A stretch of DNA of 64,000 nt from Mayamaea pseudoterrestris (lineage: Eukaryota), in the NCBI GenBank assembly GCA_027923505.1, contig BROI01000003.1:186001-250000 (forward strand), read 5' to 3'. Below, one piece after another: positions 33,656-44,470 of this stretch (the first letter of the stretch is position 1; each line of letters starts with the position of its first letter). Below the pieces are notes generated by a model. It ran no database searches and had not been told where the DNA came from. It worked only from the letters and a program-made list of their open reading frames with translations. Both the position numbers and the translations under genes were made by a program.

Positions 33656-34240
33656 TTACTTCGACTGCTTGACCTTGTCCTGGGCAGTGCCCAAGTTTGA
33701 GGCGATGGCATCCTTCGTCTTGGCCGCTGTGTGCTCAGGGTTGCTCTGGCCGACTTTGCTTTGGGCAGTGCCCAATGCATCAGCCGTCTTGTCCTTGGCC
33801 GCGTCCACAGTCTCGCCAGTCTTCTGCTTGGTCGCGTCCCAGGTTTCGGCTGTCTTGTCGCCGGCCATGCCAAGAGTCTGCTTTGCGCCCTCGACCATCT
33901 CGCCGGTCTTCTGCTTGGTCGCGTCCCAGGTGTCAGCCGTGGTTTGCTTGGTGGCATCCCAGGTGTCGGCGGTGGTCTGCTTGGCGCCCTCGACGATCTC
34001 GCCGGTCTTCTGCTTGGTGGCATCCCACGTGTTGGCGGTGGTCTGCTTGGTGGCATCCCATGTCTCGCCAGTCTTTTGCTGGGCGGTGCCTAGGCTGTCC
34101 TTGGCACCTTCGTTGGCACCCTGCGTCTTTCCTGCAAGGTAGTCGACGGTGCTGTCGAACTTCTCCTTCACGTTCTCGGTGAAGGTCTTGGTGGGGGCGT
34201 TGTCGGAATGATCCGGAGCGACGTTGTTTGGGTTGACCAT
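33656..34240 (-). CDS. LEA group 3-like protein with 11-mer repeats, paralog C
   Basis: KTFTENVKEKFDSTVDYLAGKT followed by QTTADTWDATK and QKTGEMVEGAK 11-mers. Confidence 0.85.
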   Translation of the reverse strand: MVNPNNVAPDHSDNAPTKTFTENVKEKFDSTVDYLAGKTQGANEGAKDSLGTAQQKTGETWDATKQTTANTWDATKQKTGEIVEGAKQTTADTWDATKQTTADTWDATKQKTGEMVEGAKQTLGMAGDKTAETWDATKQKTGETVDAAKDKTADALGTAQSKVGQSNPEHTAAKTKDAIASNLGTAQDKVKQSK

Positions 34241-34665
34241 TTTGTTTGTTGTTTGAGTTTTGTCGGGTTGATAGTTGCTGCTGAAGCTTTTTGTGAGAGG
34301 ATCTGATCATGATCGCATCCTCGATCCAAAAAGCACGGAGGTTCGCAAGAGACTCGATGCGTTTCGAAGAGCACCTTCGTGCATTGCAGCCCTGTGACGC
34401 GCTTCCGGGAAAGCACGACTGCCATTCTTTAGAAATCGATAGAGGACGATTCGATTCACGATAGCTACCGGTAGGTAACTGCTACCAAACTACGTCTATC
34501 ATTAACAATAGGCTTTGAAGGGGTAGCTTTTAATGTCAAGCTTACTAGCAAACTTGTAACGACGTCTATCTTACTACACCAGACTCTACAATATTGTAGC
34601 TACGAGCGCAAACGTATTCATATAAATAGGTGCAGTGACGCAAAACTGTAATTGCTAACACATTA

Positions 34666-36300
34666 CTACAGCATTAGCAGCTGCGGCTGGTTCATATACT
34701 GTCGAAACGCCGACAGAAACAATGCTGCAGTTGGCTCATCAACCGCCCTGCGGTCGGCAGACAATCTAGCCGTCATGATGGTTTGAATTACCGGCGATTT
34801 CTGATCAACCGCGCCATCCACGTAAGGCGTTGGAACCACTCGTCGAGAACCTCCTCCTACCGCAAGAATGGCAGCTTGCGGAGGGTTAATCACTGCTGAA
34901 AATTCGTCAATTCCAAACATGCCTAGGTTGCTAATGCTAAAGGTTCCGCCCTGATACTCGGCCGGAGCCAGCTTGCCCTCGCGAGCGCGGCCGGCCAAAT
35001 CCTTCACCTTGTTGGTAATCTCCGCTAGCCCCAGCTGGTCCGTACCAAAGACAATCGGTGTGATCAAGCCAGTTGGCGTTGCAACCGCGACGCTGATATC
35101 AACCGTTTCTGATACATGAATGGCGCCGTCAGAGTTTTGAATCGTTGCATTTATTTGCGGTACGTCACGTAGCGCCATGGCGCAGCACTTGATGACAAAG
35201 TCGTTGACGCTAATCTTGACATCAAACTCACTGACCAGTTGCTTGCGAAGCTTCATGATGTGATCCAGCTGGACGGGCATGGCCGTGTAAAAGTGCGGAA
35301 CGTTGCGCTTGCTGTCGGTCAATCGACTAGCAATGATCTTGCGCATCTTGTTGTTAGCGACATCTTCGTAAGAGCCTGTTGTATGGATTGTCTCAGCGAC
35401 CAAGTCTTGAAGTGTCAATGGAGCAGGGGCGCTTGCAGTCGCTGCAGCTGCTGGTGGAGCTGCATTAGTTGTTGCAGGCGTTGGTGCGGCTGCTTGATCG
35501 TTCGTGCTGACTGATGCTTTGACAACTTCTTCCTTCCTCAAGGATGGCATACTTCCATCGACAAGTGCCTGCATGACATCTCCCTTGGTAACCCGTCCTC
35601 CCTTTCCACTTCCAGACAGAACCGTCGCATCCAGGCCCTTGGATTCGGCCAAGTGTCGAGCCGACGGCAGTAAGATGGAACCGCCCCCGCTCTTGTGCGT
35701 CGCAGGGGATGCAGCAGATGCCGCCGAGTCTTCCTTGATGTCTTCTTTAGATTCTGCTGCAGCAGCAGCGGTATCCTTACTTGCAGCAGGACCATCAGCA
35801 ACATAGTTTGCAAACGCGGCAACATCACCTTCCTCCTCGACAACCACGCAAATAGGCGTTCCCACCGCTACACTCTCATCCGATCCAGCCTGCACCAAGA
35901 TTTTGGCCAAGATGCCATCATCCTGTGCCTCAAAGTCGACGCTTGCCTTGTCGGTATCAATGCTGCAAAGTGCCGTGCCGGCACCAAAGGAGTCGCCCTC
36001 CTTGACGAGCCACTGGGAAATGCTTCCGGAATCCATGGTCGGACTGAGGGCTGGCATGGGAAATAGTATATGCGGAGGATAATCATCTTGAGCAAACTGA
36101 ATGGAACTGCGTGAATAAAGTCGTTTCGTAGATGCTGTCCATGATGAAGGACAACCAGAGAAGGCAGCAGATGGTGCGAAGGTTCGGTTGGAGTTCAAGC
36201 TAAAGGGCGCTGCTTTGATTGCAAAGCTTGCGCCTGGAGCAGCTGACCTTGCCAGAATGCGTCGGGACATGGTTCTTCGAAGGACGATAGCAGAAGACAT
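34666..36300 (-). CDS. DLAT: Pyruvate dehydrogenase E2, dihydrolipoamide acetyltransferase (mitochondrial)
   Basis: Presequence; lipoyl domain MPALSPTM...DTDKA; E3-binding GSGKGGRVTKGDV; catalytic GGTFSISNLGMFG, INPPQAAILAVG. Confidence 0.93.
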   Translation of the reverse strand: MSSAIVLRRTMSRRILARSAAPGASFAIKAAPFSLNSNRTFAPSAAFSGCPSSWTASTKRLYSRSSIQFAQDDYPPHILFPMPALSPTMDSGSISQWLVKEGDSFGAGTALCSIDTDKASVDFEAQDDGILAKILVQAGSDESVAVGTPICVVVEEEGDVAAFANYVADGPAASKDTAAAAAESKEDIKEDSAASAASPATHKSGGGSILLPSARHLAESKGLDATVLSGSGKGGRVTKGDVMQALVDGSMPSLRKEEVVKASVSTNDQAAAPTPATTNAAPPAAAATASAPAPLTLQDLVAETIHTTGSYEDVANNKMRKIIASRLTDSKRNVPHFYTAMPVQLDHIMKLRKQLVSEFDVKISVNDFVIKCCAMALRDVPQINATIQNSDGAIHVSETVDISVAVATPTGLITPIVFGTDQLGLAEITNKVKDLAGRAREGKLAPAEYQGGTFSISNLGMFGIDEFSAVINPPQAAILAVGGGSRRVVPTPYVDGAVDQKSPVIQTIMTARLSADRRAVDEPTAALFLSAFRQYMNQPQLLML

Positions 36301-36491
36301 GGTTGTTGCAGGTAAGTATCATCAGTAGTCGAAGCGACTTCTGCTGCTAGCGTCGATGCGCGACGAGCGATGATTAAGTACCGCTGCGATGCAATGTGTC
36401 GCGCTGCGACGTCGACGGCTACACCATCACGATCTGGATGCGACGACCATGAAAATCACCTCCTCTGGCAGATGAAGTTCTCGACATCATT

Positions 36492-38098
36492 ATGAAGAAT
36501 CAGCGCAGCTTTATATCTCTAATGGCAATAATTCCTGTCAGTGGATGGTTACTACAAACTAGACAACCGACTACGAGGATACCAGCGAGCCATTTCCGTC
36601 GACAGTCACGCCTTGATGCAGCATCGGATGGATTTCACAACACATCGCTTCTTGACAACGGCAATAATATATCGAAGCAACAATACCAAGTTGAAACGAC
36701 GCGAAAATATAACCTTGGCTTGGGCAAGAATCGACCAGTCGTCGTTGACAGTAGCAGCAGTAACAAAGTGAATGGAGACTTTAATTCTTCCTATTGGATC
36801 GTTCCCGATCCAGTCGCTAAACCAGCCACTTATCGACCACCAAATGGAGCACCAAATGATGCAGCAATATCAGAAACAATACCAAGGACGAATGGAGAGC
36901 CACTAGCAATCAAAACTCGTCGCATGGTGGCCCGAGACAATGATGCGCAACGACTAAGAGGTGTAATTGATGAGGAACATTTTAATGCGCCAAAAAACAT
37001 GGATGAACCGTCGCAGCATGAACAAGCAGCCGACTCTATCAGTAACAGCATTGAGAATGATCTATTAAGTCAGTCATCCAATCCTACGGTTGCCCGGCCC
37101 AAGGCCTTTTACCCAGACATTGACTTGTCCATTCCCGACTCTGTCTACTGTCCGGAAAACGGAACGGACCTTGTCTGGGACTTGCTGCGATGGGAAGCCT
37201 ACCAACAGGCCCAGCAGGAACCTTTACTGGTTTCGTTTTTGCATTCGACCATTTTGAATCACCGCTCACTCGAAAGTTCATTGGCCTTTTTGCTGGCGAA
37301 TCGCCTGCAGAGCCCCGCCATGATGATCTCCACGCAGCTGCAGTCGCTGATACTCGAGGCACTCAAGTGCTCCACGTTTCGACGAGCGCTTCGCGCCGAC
37401 ATGATGGCGGTTCGCGATCGCGATCCTGCCTGTGCCTATCTTCCTGATGTATTTTTGTATTTCAAAGGCTTTCACGCGCTGCAGAGTCATCGGGTGGCTC
37501 ACGTGCTATGGGAGCAGGGTCGACAGGTGCTGGCGCTCTACTTGCAGTCGCAAGTGAGTCAAATTTTTCAAATTGATATTCATCCCAATGCGACGCTTGG
37601 GAGGGGTATCATGCTGGATCATGGAACAGGCATTGTGATTGGAGAAACGGTGAGTATGCTCTTGATTGTGTGCAGAACATCTCGATGAGTGCATTCGTTT
37701 GTCTCGTCTAGTTTCCAGAATGCCGTCGGAATAAGCAACTCACAGTATCTTAATCTTTGCTTTGACAGGCAAGCGTCGGCCACAACTGCAGCATTCTGCA
37801 CCACGTGACACTGGGTGGATCCGGCAAGAAAGGACTCATTCGACATCCACAAGTAGGCGATGGCGTCTTGCTTGGTGCTGGCGCCACTGTGTTGGGCTCA
37901 GTCTCAATTGGCGACGGCAGTCAAGTGGGCGCAGGTACGCTAGTTATTGTCGACTTACCTCCCCACTGCGTTGCAGTTGGCGTTCCAGCAAGAATCATTG
38001 GAAGCTTTGTGGATGTGACGCAGCAGCCATCGCGATCGATGGATCAAATGATGGATGACAAGAATATCATCTTCACGTTCGAGTCGGATGGAATATAG
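36492..38098 (+). CDS. cysE: Serine O-acetyltransferase with long N-terminal extension; intron 37650-37768
   Basis: RDRDPAC, FKGFHALQSHRVAH, IDIHPNA, MLDHGTGIVIGET|ASVG, VTLGGSGK, RHPQVGDG; intron in phase. Confidence 0.93.
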
Positions 38099-38411
38099 TG
38101 CATGCGGTATTTGGTGAGCTCATTCAAGGCTCGGCAGCTCCTGTTAGCGTTGTGTAAGCAGATGGTATATGCTTGACACTATGAACAATAGCTATAATGC
38201 GTTGAAAATCAGAGTTTGAGCTGTAGAATAGGCCATCAATATGAGTCAAACGATCAACTTGATCGTGTTGCGCTAGCGAATGGATGGGTAACACATAGCA
38301 CATTAGGGCTAAGGATTTGAGTCAAACAAGTCGAAGTTGAAGCGTGCACGACGCAAGATCGCGACGTCTGCTCAATGCTTGGCACATTCCGTCTGGATTC
38401 AAACAGTCACC

Positions 38412-39300
38412 ATGGCCAAGCTTTCCCTACCCGTCATTGCTACCCTTGTTGCAGGAGCCTCTGCCTTTGCGCCGGTTGCCCGGCCAAGCGCCAAGACTTC
38501 ATTGCAGGCGGCAACTGAGTCAAAGGGCTACTGGGATCCCCTAGGATTGTACGAGCTGGGCAGTGGAGAAGCATTCGACACATTCCCCAACATGTTCCCT
38601 GCCAAGCAATACTTGGACGACTCCGAGAAGAAGCACGGACGCATGGTATGTTGCTACTGAATTGTGGTGAAAGTTGCTAGCCAATGGGTATCTGCTTTGA
38701 CGACGAGGCGAAATCATTACATCGAACTTGGCGACCATCTGGCTTTCTTGCACAAGAAACATTCGCGATACTCTGTAAGCTCACTAACTACTTCGTCTTT
38801 TCTACAGGCTATGCTTGCATGGACAGGAATCTGGGCAACTCACCAAGGAGGTCTAGGACTTGGCCTTCACTGGGACGGCTTCCCAGAAGCCGAGTGGACC
38901 AATGCCTTGGGAGTCTTTGCCAATGAGCAACCCGGTTGGTTCGGAGCCATTCTAGGTTTTATTGCGATTGCTGAGGGCGAATCTGTTGGGCATTCAGGCG
39001 ACAACTTCCGTGGCTTGTCTACCAAGGAGGCTGCTGGCGACCTAAACTTTGACTACCTTGGCATCAAGAAAAAGATTTCACCAGAGAAATTGGCACGTTA
39101 CAATGACGTCGAGACAAAGAATGGCCGCGCGGTAAGCATCTATACTTGTTTGACAAAGTGAATTAGTCCAACTGCGACTATACCAGTCTTACATGACTTT
39201 CCTTGAATCTTTGCAGGCGATGATTGCCATGGCATCCTTGTTCGCATACGAATCCATTCCAGGAAGTGTCCCAATCATGGACCTGCTCGGTGCTAACTAA
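38412..39300 (+). CDS. Light-harvesting complex (fucoxanthin-chlorophyll a/c binding) protein; exons 38412-38645, 38808-39131, 39217-39300
   Basis: ASAFAP bipartite plastid signal; WDPLGL; EKKHGRMAMLA and ETKNGRAAMIA chlorophyll-binding helices; introns in phase. Confidence 0.93.
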
Positions 39301-39417
39301 TAAGCAATTTACATACAGCTTTCTTTATTCGTTCGCATTTATCTTTTGTAGTCATGTCAATGTCCCGTCATTATAGCATTTTCTCTGGTTATATCTCGTG
39401 CAAAGTGTCCAAGCCCA

Positions 39418-40179
39418 TCAAATTCGCGGCACCATGGACGAGTGTACAAATCGAAAGACACTCATCAATAGTAATCCAAAACCAATCTCTAACGGCATAA
39501 TACCTTCCTCTGGTATAGATCCGACAGGTCGGTGCTGTAAACAAGCCATGATGAAGGCGACAATCAATCGTAAATTGATAGCATTCAAAAATGTTGAAAA
39601 ACCTAGCAGCATGGCTGCCTTTGGGCCGCCTCGTTCATCCGATGCATCATAGTGACCATCCTTGGCCGAAAATAGAAAGGCTCCATTGTATAGACCAGCG
39701 CCAATCCAAAGTAGACTCATCAATGAACCTTCACTGAGTGCGGCTGGTAGAAAGGAAATGTCCATTCGATGAGTCACCCAAAAAGATATCGACAGCGCCA
39801 GATTCACAATGAGGAAAATGTCGTAGTATAATAGACTTGTGTCTTCAATCTTGAAAGGTGGAGTCTTATTCAGTAGTTCTTCGCCTTGTTTTCTGACAGA
39901 TTGCATCAGTTTGGACATGAGGTTCTCGTCGACAGTTTTTCGTTCGACCCTTTCAGTAATCTTGTCCTCATCTTTTACCTCGCTTGACATTCGAAATGAG
40001 TAGAGACAACTTTGTCGATTGTGAAGTTGACGAATCCGACTAAGACTGAGCTGTCCAAGTCGTGACAAGGGCAAAGATGACGCGACAAACCCATGGCATT
40101 GAAATGGCAACAGAACCAACAACGTTGCAGCCCAATGATGCAACGCTCGCCTCCTTAGTGCTCTATCTGATGCAACCAT
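39418..40179 (-). CDS. Hypothetical plastid-targeted membrane protein (~4 TM)
   Basis: Signal peptide ending CHG-F, S/R-rich transit-like region, four hydrophobic helices. Confidence 0.6.
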   Translation of the reverse strand: MVASDRALRRRALHHWAATLLVLLPFQCHGFVASSLPLSRLGQLSLSRIRQLHNRQSCLYSFRMSSEVKDEDKITERVERKTVDENLMSKLMQSVRKQGEELLNKTPPFKIEDTSLLYYDIFLIVNLALSISFWVTHRMDISFLPAALSEGSLMSLLWIGAGLYNGAFLFSAKDGHYDASDERGGPKAAMLLGFSTFLNAINLRLIVAFIMACLQHRPVGSIPEEGIMPLEIGFGLLLMSVFRFVHSSMVPRI

Positions 40180-40478
40180 TTTTTAGTTGTTTCTCAACTT
40201 TCGGAAAGGTGAATTGAAGTCGTCAAACGTTCCAGTTGCTCTGATAGCAAGCACCTCCTGTTCGACTTCCATGGACGCGAACAGAACCTCGTCTTGCTCG
40301 CAGCTTCGTCAGCGATAAGTGAGTACCGATACGACGTGAGTGCTGCCGCTGCGACGCATCACCTCAAGGTTTGCGCAAGATGTTCCGCAGTAAAGTTCCA
40401 TACAAACAAGCCAAAAATATATATGTATATGTATATGTACGAAATTACTATTAGTAAAGCCTGGCAGAATTGTCTGGT

Positions 40479-41277
40479 TTACTCGGCAGCACCACCTCGT
40501 TGCATGCAAATCCGATAACAGCCGGCCAGACAGTACGCTTGGCATCGGCCACACATGACCAACACGGGCCGAAGCAAGTGACCCATGACAGCCATGACAT
40601 ACTTGAGACCCGCTGCCCCACCAGGTAGAAAGCTGATTAGATACCAAAGGAGCGCCGCGAGCTGAACGCCGGATGCAGCAATGACCATGGCGTATCCTCG
40701 TAGACCTCCAAACGAAAATGTAAGATACAGTGTCGATAGCATTGATCCAACGTAGATTGTCGTGAAATAGAGACGCTCCCGTTGTAACATGCTCATCAAA
40801 TGTTCCTTGGGTCCTTTAAGAATCGCAAAGGAAAACATGAACATGAGGCTCCCCATTGTGAAGGACAAGGCAAACTTTTGCGGCCGCACTGTAATCATTG
40901 GAAGTCCCACAAAGAATGCAAGTGCGAAGAACAAGGCCGACAGAAACAAGATAGCGCAGAAAACCTGTTCAAAGTTAATCGACATTCCTTACATTAGATG
41001 AGTATGCAATGTCGACAAAAAGAAATACTCGCAGTTGACAGTTGACTGCACCTACCTTGAATCGTTGCTGATAACCCATACCCATGACCTTTTGTGGCAT
41101 TTGCGCCTCCATACTAGACTTCATTCCGTCCCAGCTAATCGTGGGCATGGACTCTGTACTGACATTAAAGAGTGGCAAAACATCTTCAGTGGAAGGAAAC
41201 CACGACGAAGACGACGGCGTACCAGATTCTTCGGCACGCTTGTCGTCGTACCACTGCCCAAATGACGACGACGACAT
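40479..41277 (-). CDS. SFT2: Got1/Sft2-family vesicle transport protein; exons 41277-41056 and 40964-40479
   Basis: MGYQQRFK|VF, RPQKFALSFTMGS, LLWYLISFLPGGAAGL. Confidence 0.88.
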
Positions 41278-42062
41278 GCCCTTTCTGTTCCTTCCTGTTG
41301 TAATTGTAATGGTTGATATCGTATGAGATCCTGCACGGGTCCGAAGTAGCGCTTTTTGCCGTCATGGTTGAGCGGCGGAAGGCGCCGTTTCGAGAAAGTC
41401 GAATCACAGTGGGACTACTTCCAGTACCGATCAGATTCCTAGCTAGCGAAACGCTGCTAACAAGCATGCTGAATGGAAAGCATACCGGTGCGTCGTTTCG
41501 CAAATAAACTACAGGATCCAAAAGATGTGTTTAGTTGTTACCTACAAGGAGATTAGAGCATGCAACAGTTCTTGGTCCCGCCTTGCGCCGAACTTTAATG
41601 ACTGCCGCAGGCATGCAGATTCAGCCAATCAAAAACGTTGAGATGACGTCGAACGCCTCAAAGGCCAATCGCAAAGCTCCACCATGGAACGACTTGCAAC
41701 TTGACGAACATGGTTTGATTTCAAATCAAACAATGATCGGGCGCGGTGGGGCCGTCGCGGCGCGGCGCAAGGGATGAAGCAATGACAACATAATGCAGTC
41801 GAGTTGCCAACGAACCGTTAGCTTTCATCTGAACCATCATGAATTATTTCGCAACCATCATCCATCTCTTTGCCTTCGTCTCCTTCGCTTCGTTCGCTGG
41901 TGACGGTGACGGTGGCGGTGACAGCAAGCCTCTTGCGACAATGCAAGCGTCCATCGGTGAAGAAGGGGTACGATACTACGTCGTGATTGGTGCAGTCGCT
42001 CGTAGGCAGCACAATGTACCGTCGACTCACTTTTCGCTCGTTTTGCCCATTAGCAGGTCGAC

Positions 42063-44470
42063 ATGAGCTACAAGTACAGCGTCAGTCCGTCTGCAGCTCT
42101 TCGTGGATCCGTTCATTTGGAAACAAAACAAACCTTGACATCCGCCAAGGCCAATGACACTGCTACAGCTCATTCCCTGTCGCATTCGTCGTCTTCTCGA
42201 GCGTCCGCAAGTCTGGAACGCAACGAGACGCCGACCACGAACGACAATGCGCTTAGTGTCGCCGGAGTGGCCTTGCGTTTCAATACACCCACTGCCGCTC
42301 TATTTACCAATGGGAAAGATGCTGCTGCGTCTCGCGCAATGTCGAGCGTCGATTATCACTCGACTGTCGCAAAAACAAGTGATTCGGATTGGAACGATGG
42401 CGCTTACAACACCTTTCGTGAATATGGTCGGTCAACGATTCTTAATTCTAAAACGGTTGCCGCTTGTTTGTTGAGGTTTGAAAACTGGATGACTTTACCG
42501 GGATGTTTCTACTCCAGCAAGAGTACTACTGCCGTATCGGTCGAACCGGAAGAAGAAAGAGTAAAAGGAACATTATGCTTTTTGTCAGAGGGTGCCTGTG
42601 CTACGTTGGTATGTGTCATGCTGCGGTCGCTTGAATCAACTTCTATCTAGTGGTACGACTCATGTGCGCTTCTCTATGCTTTCTTCATATCTATATGTAG
42701 AACCACTGGAAACAGTTGGTGATATCAACTGCGTCGCATGTATTTCGGGTGCTTTTGCGTGTGGCGCACGCCCTTTTTGAGTATGACAACTTATTGGAGT
42801 CGTCCGGGGTAGAGGCAAACTCGGTTTGGTCAAGAATGGAGCGTGCGGAAAAGGTTGGAAGCATGGCTAATATGAGAATGGAACGAAGCAAAGCAGATCC
42901 AGAACGCGTCAGATCAAACATGGAGCCTACTGACAAGAGCGAGAAAGTAAATGGAGGCATCATGCTGTTGAATGTCTGGGAATGTCTGAGAAATCTGCTG
43001 GTTTATTTTAGCGAGCTGGTGTTTCATTGGGGCACGGAAGTGGCCGATGAAAGCACGGCGCGCACTAGACCGTACGAAAAATGGACTTGTATGCAGTGCA
43101 CCATACAGCTGGGGGGCAGCAATTCGGATGTGAGCGATGAAGACAACAAGCTGATGATTGATAAGGGCGATACATTTACAAAACGATATATCCGGCAAGC
43201 CGACGCGGGAGCGAGACTGGTGGATGCTAGCGGGGTTGAAACAAGTCCGGTAGCACTTTGTTCACTGTCTTTCCTTGTGATTGTGCTGTGTTGCTGGGTC
43301 ATTGACCATTGTCGAGCCTCTAAGCGTGGTGCACAGCATGCTTTAAAGAGCATTGCGCAAAACGAGAAAATCGGGCAGCTACAACAGCAGATATCTTTCC
43401 ATGTGATTGTGGGGGGTTGTTGGGCCATTGACCATAGTCGAGTCTCCAAGCGTTATACACAGCATGCATTGGAGTGCATTGCTCTCAAAGAAGAAATTGG
43501 GCAGCTCAAACTGCAGAATAAGCGGCAAGCCGCCAAGAACTCTCAGCTTACTTGGCAAAACCAGCAACTTGTGGAGCGAGGAGCGCAACAAGAAACTCAT
43601 CGCGTCATTGAGATCGGCCCGCAGCCGGCCAATTTTATTGCTGGTCATGAAGCCGAGTTGGTCGAATTGAACTTACGACTACAACAACGTGACAATGCTT
43701 TGGCCGAGAGTGAAAATAAGCAGAACCGACTTACTGAGCAAAACGTGGATCTCACTCAACAAAATGTGGACCTCTCGCAACTAAATTCGGACCTTAACAA
43801 GCAATTAGGCATGGAGCTTCTAAACAACGACAACGAAATTGCGCGACTCAAGCAGAAGCACTTAGCTGCTCTCCACCCTGAGCAGCATATGGTGACCTTG
43901 CAAGAAGCCGAGCAAGAATTTTTGTCCGATGAGGTTGCTGCGTTAAGGAACAATATTTCTGTACTTGCGGGGCACAGCTTATCCCTTTTTAGCGAGATTA
44001 TTGAGCACGACGGTGAAATTGGTCAGCATTTTTGGGGATTCGAGCACTTAGTCGAACAGGCAGCCAAGAAGGACTGTGCGAATAATTTGCTCAAGCAACG
44101 TCTAAACATGTTCACGCGGCGACTTAAGAAAAGCCAAGAACGGGCCGTCCAACATGCAGTTGAGGTCGAGGAGCTGAAACGCGACCTAGACTTTTGTTTC
44201 GATGAGCTGGCCGATGAGACTTATGGTCATAGAAAGATGTTGTCTACAATAGTGGAGTGGATCTTGAGGCGTTGTCAAGATCATGTCCATCGCTTGACGG
44301 AACTCGATAACGAGCTTGTTTCATTACAGAAAAAGCTCAACAAGCGCATGAGTTTAACGCCAGTTAAACAAGCCAACGTGCAGCGCCAGGAAAAGAATTA
44401 CGAAGATGGCGGGACTATTAGTCGCGTTGGGGTTGTTGAAGCCAAGCTTGCGAATGGAGTGCGAGTTTAG
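42063..44470 (+). CDS. Hypothetical coiled-coil protein, probably two exons (intron 42609-42700)
   Basis: ORFs 42063-42650 and 42716-44470 join in phase via GTATG...TAG; one hydrophobic stretch and a long heptad-rich C-half; no family recognised. Confidence 0.5.

Noticed and set aside
22183..34298. YCACAA motif upstream of LEA-like genes as a specific regulator
   Set aside because: Short, and also present before unrelated genes (for example near 1091); more likely a general core-promoter feature
23214..34310. Many long alternative-frame and antisense ORFs over the LEA and coiled-coil genes
   Set aside because: Expected by-product of repetitive, stop-poor coding sequence; no independent motifs
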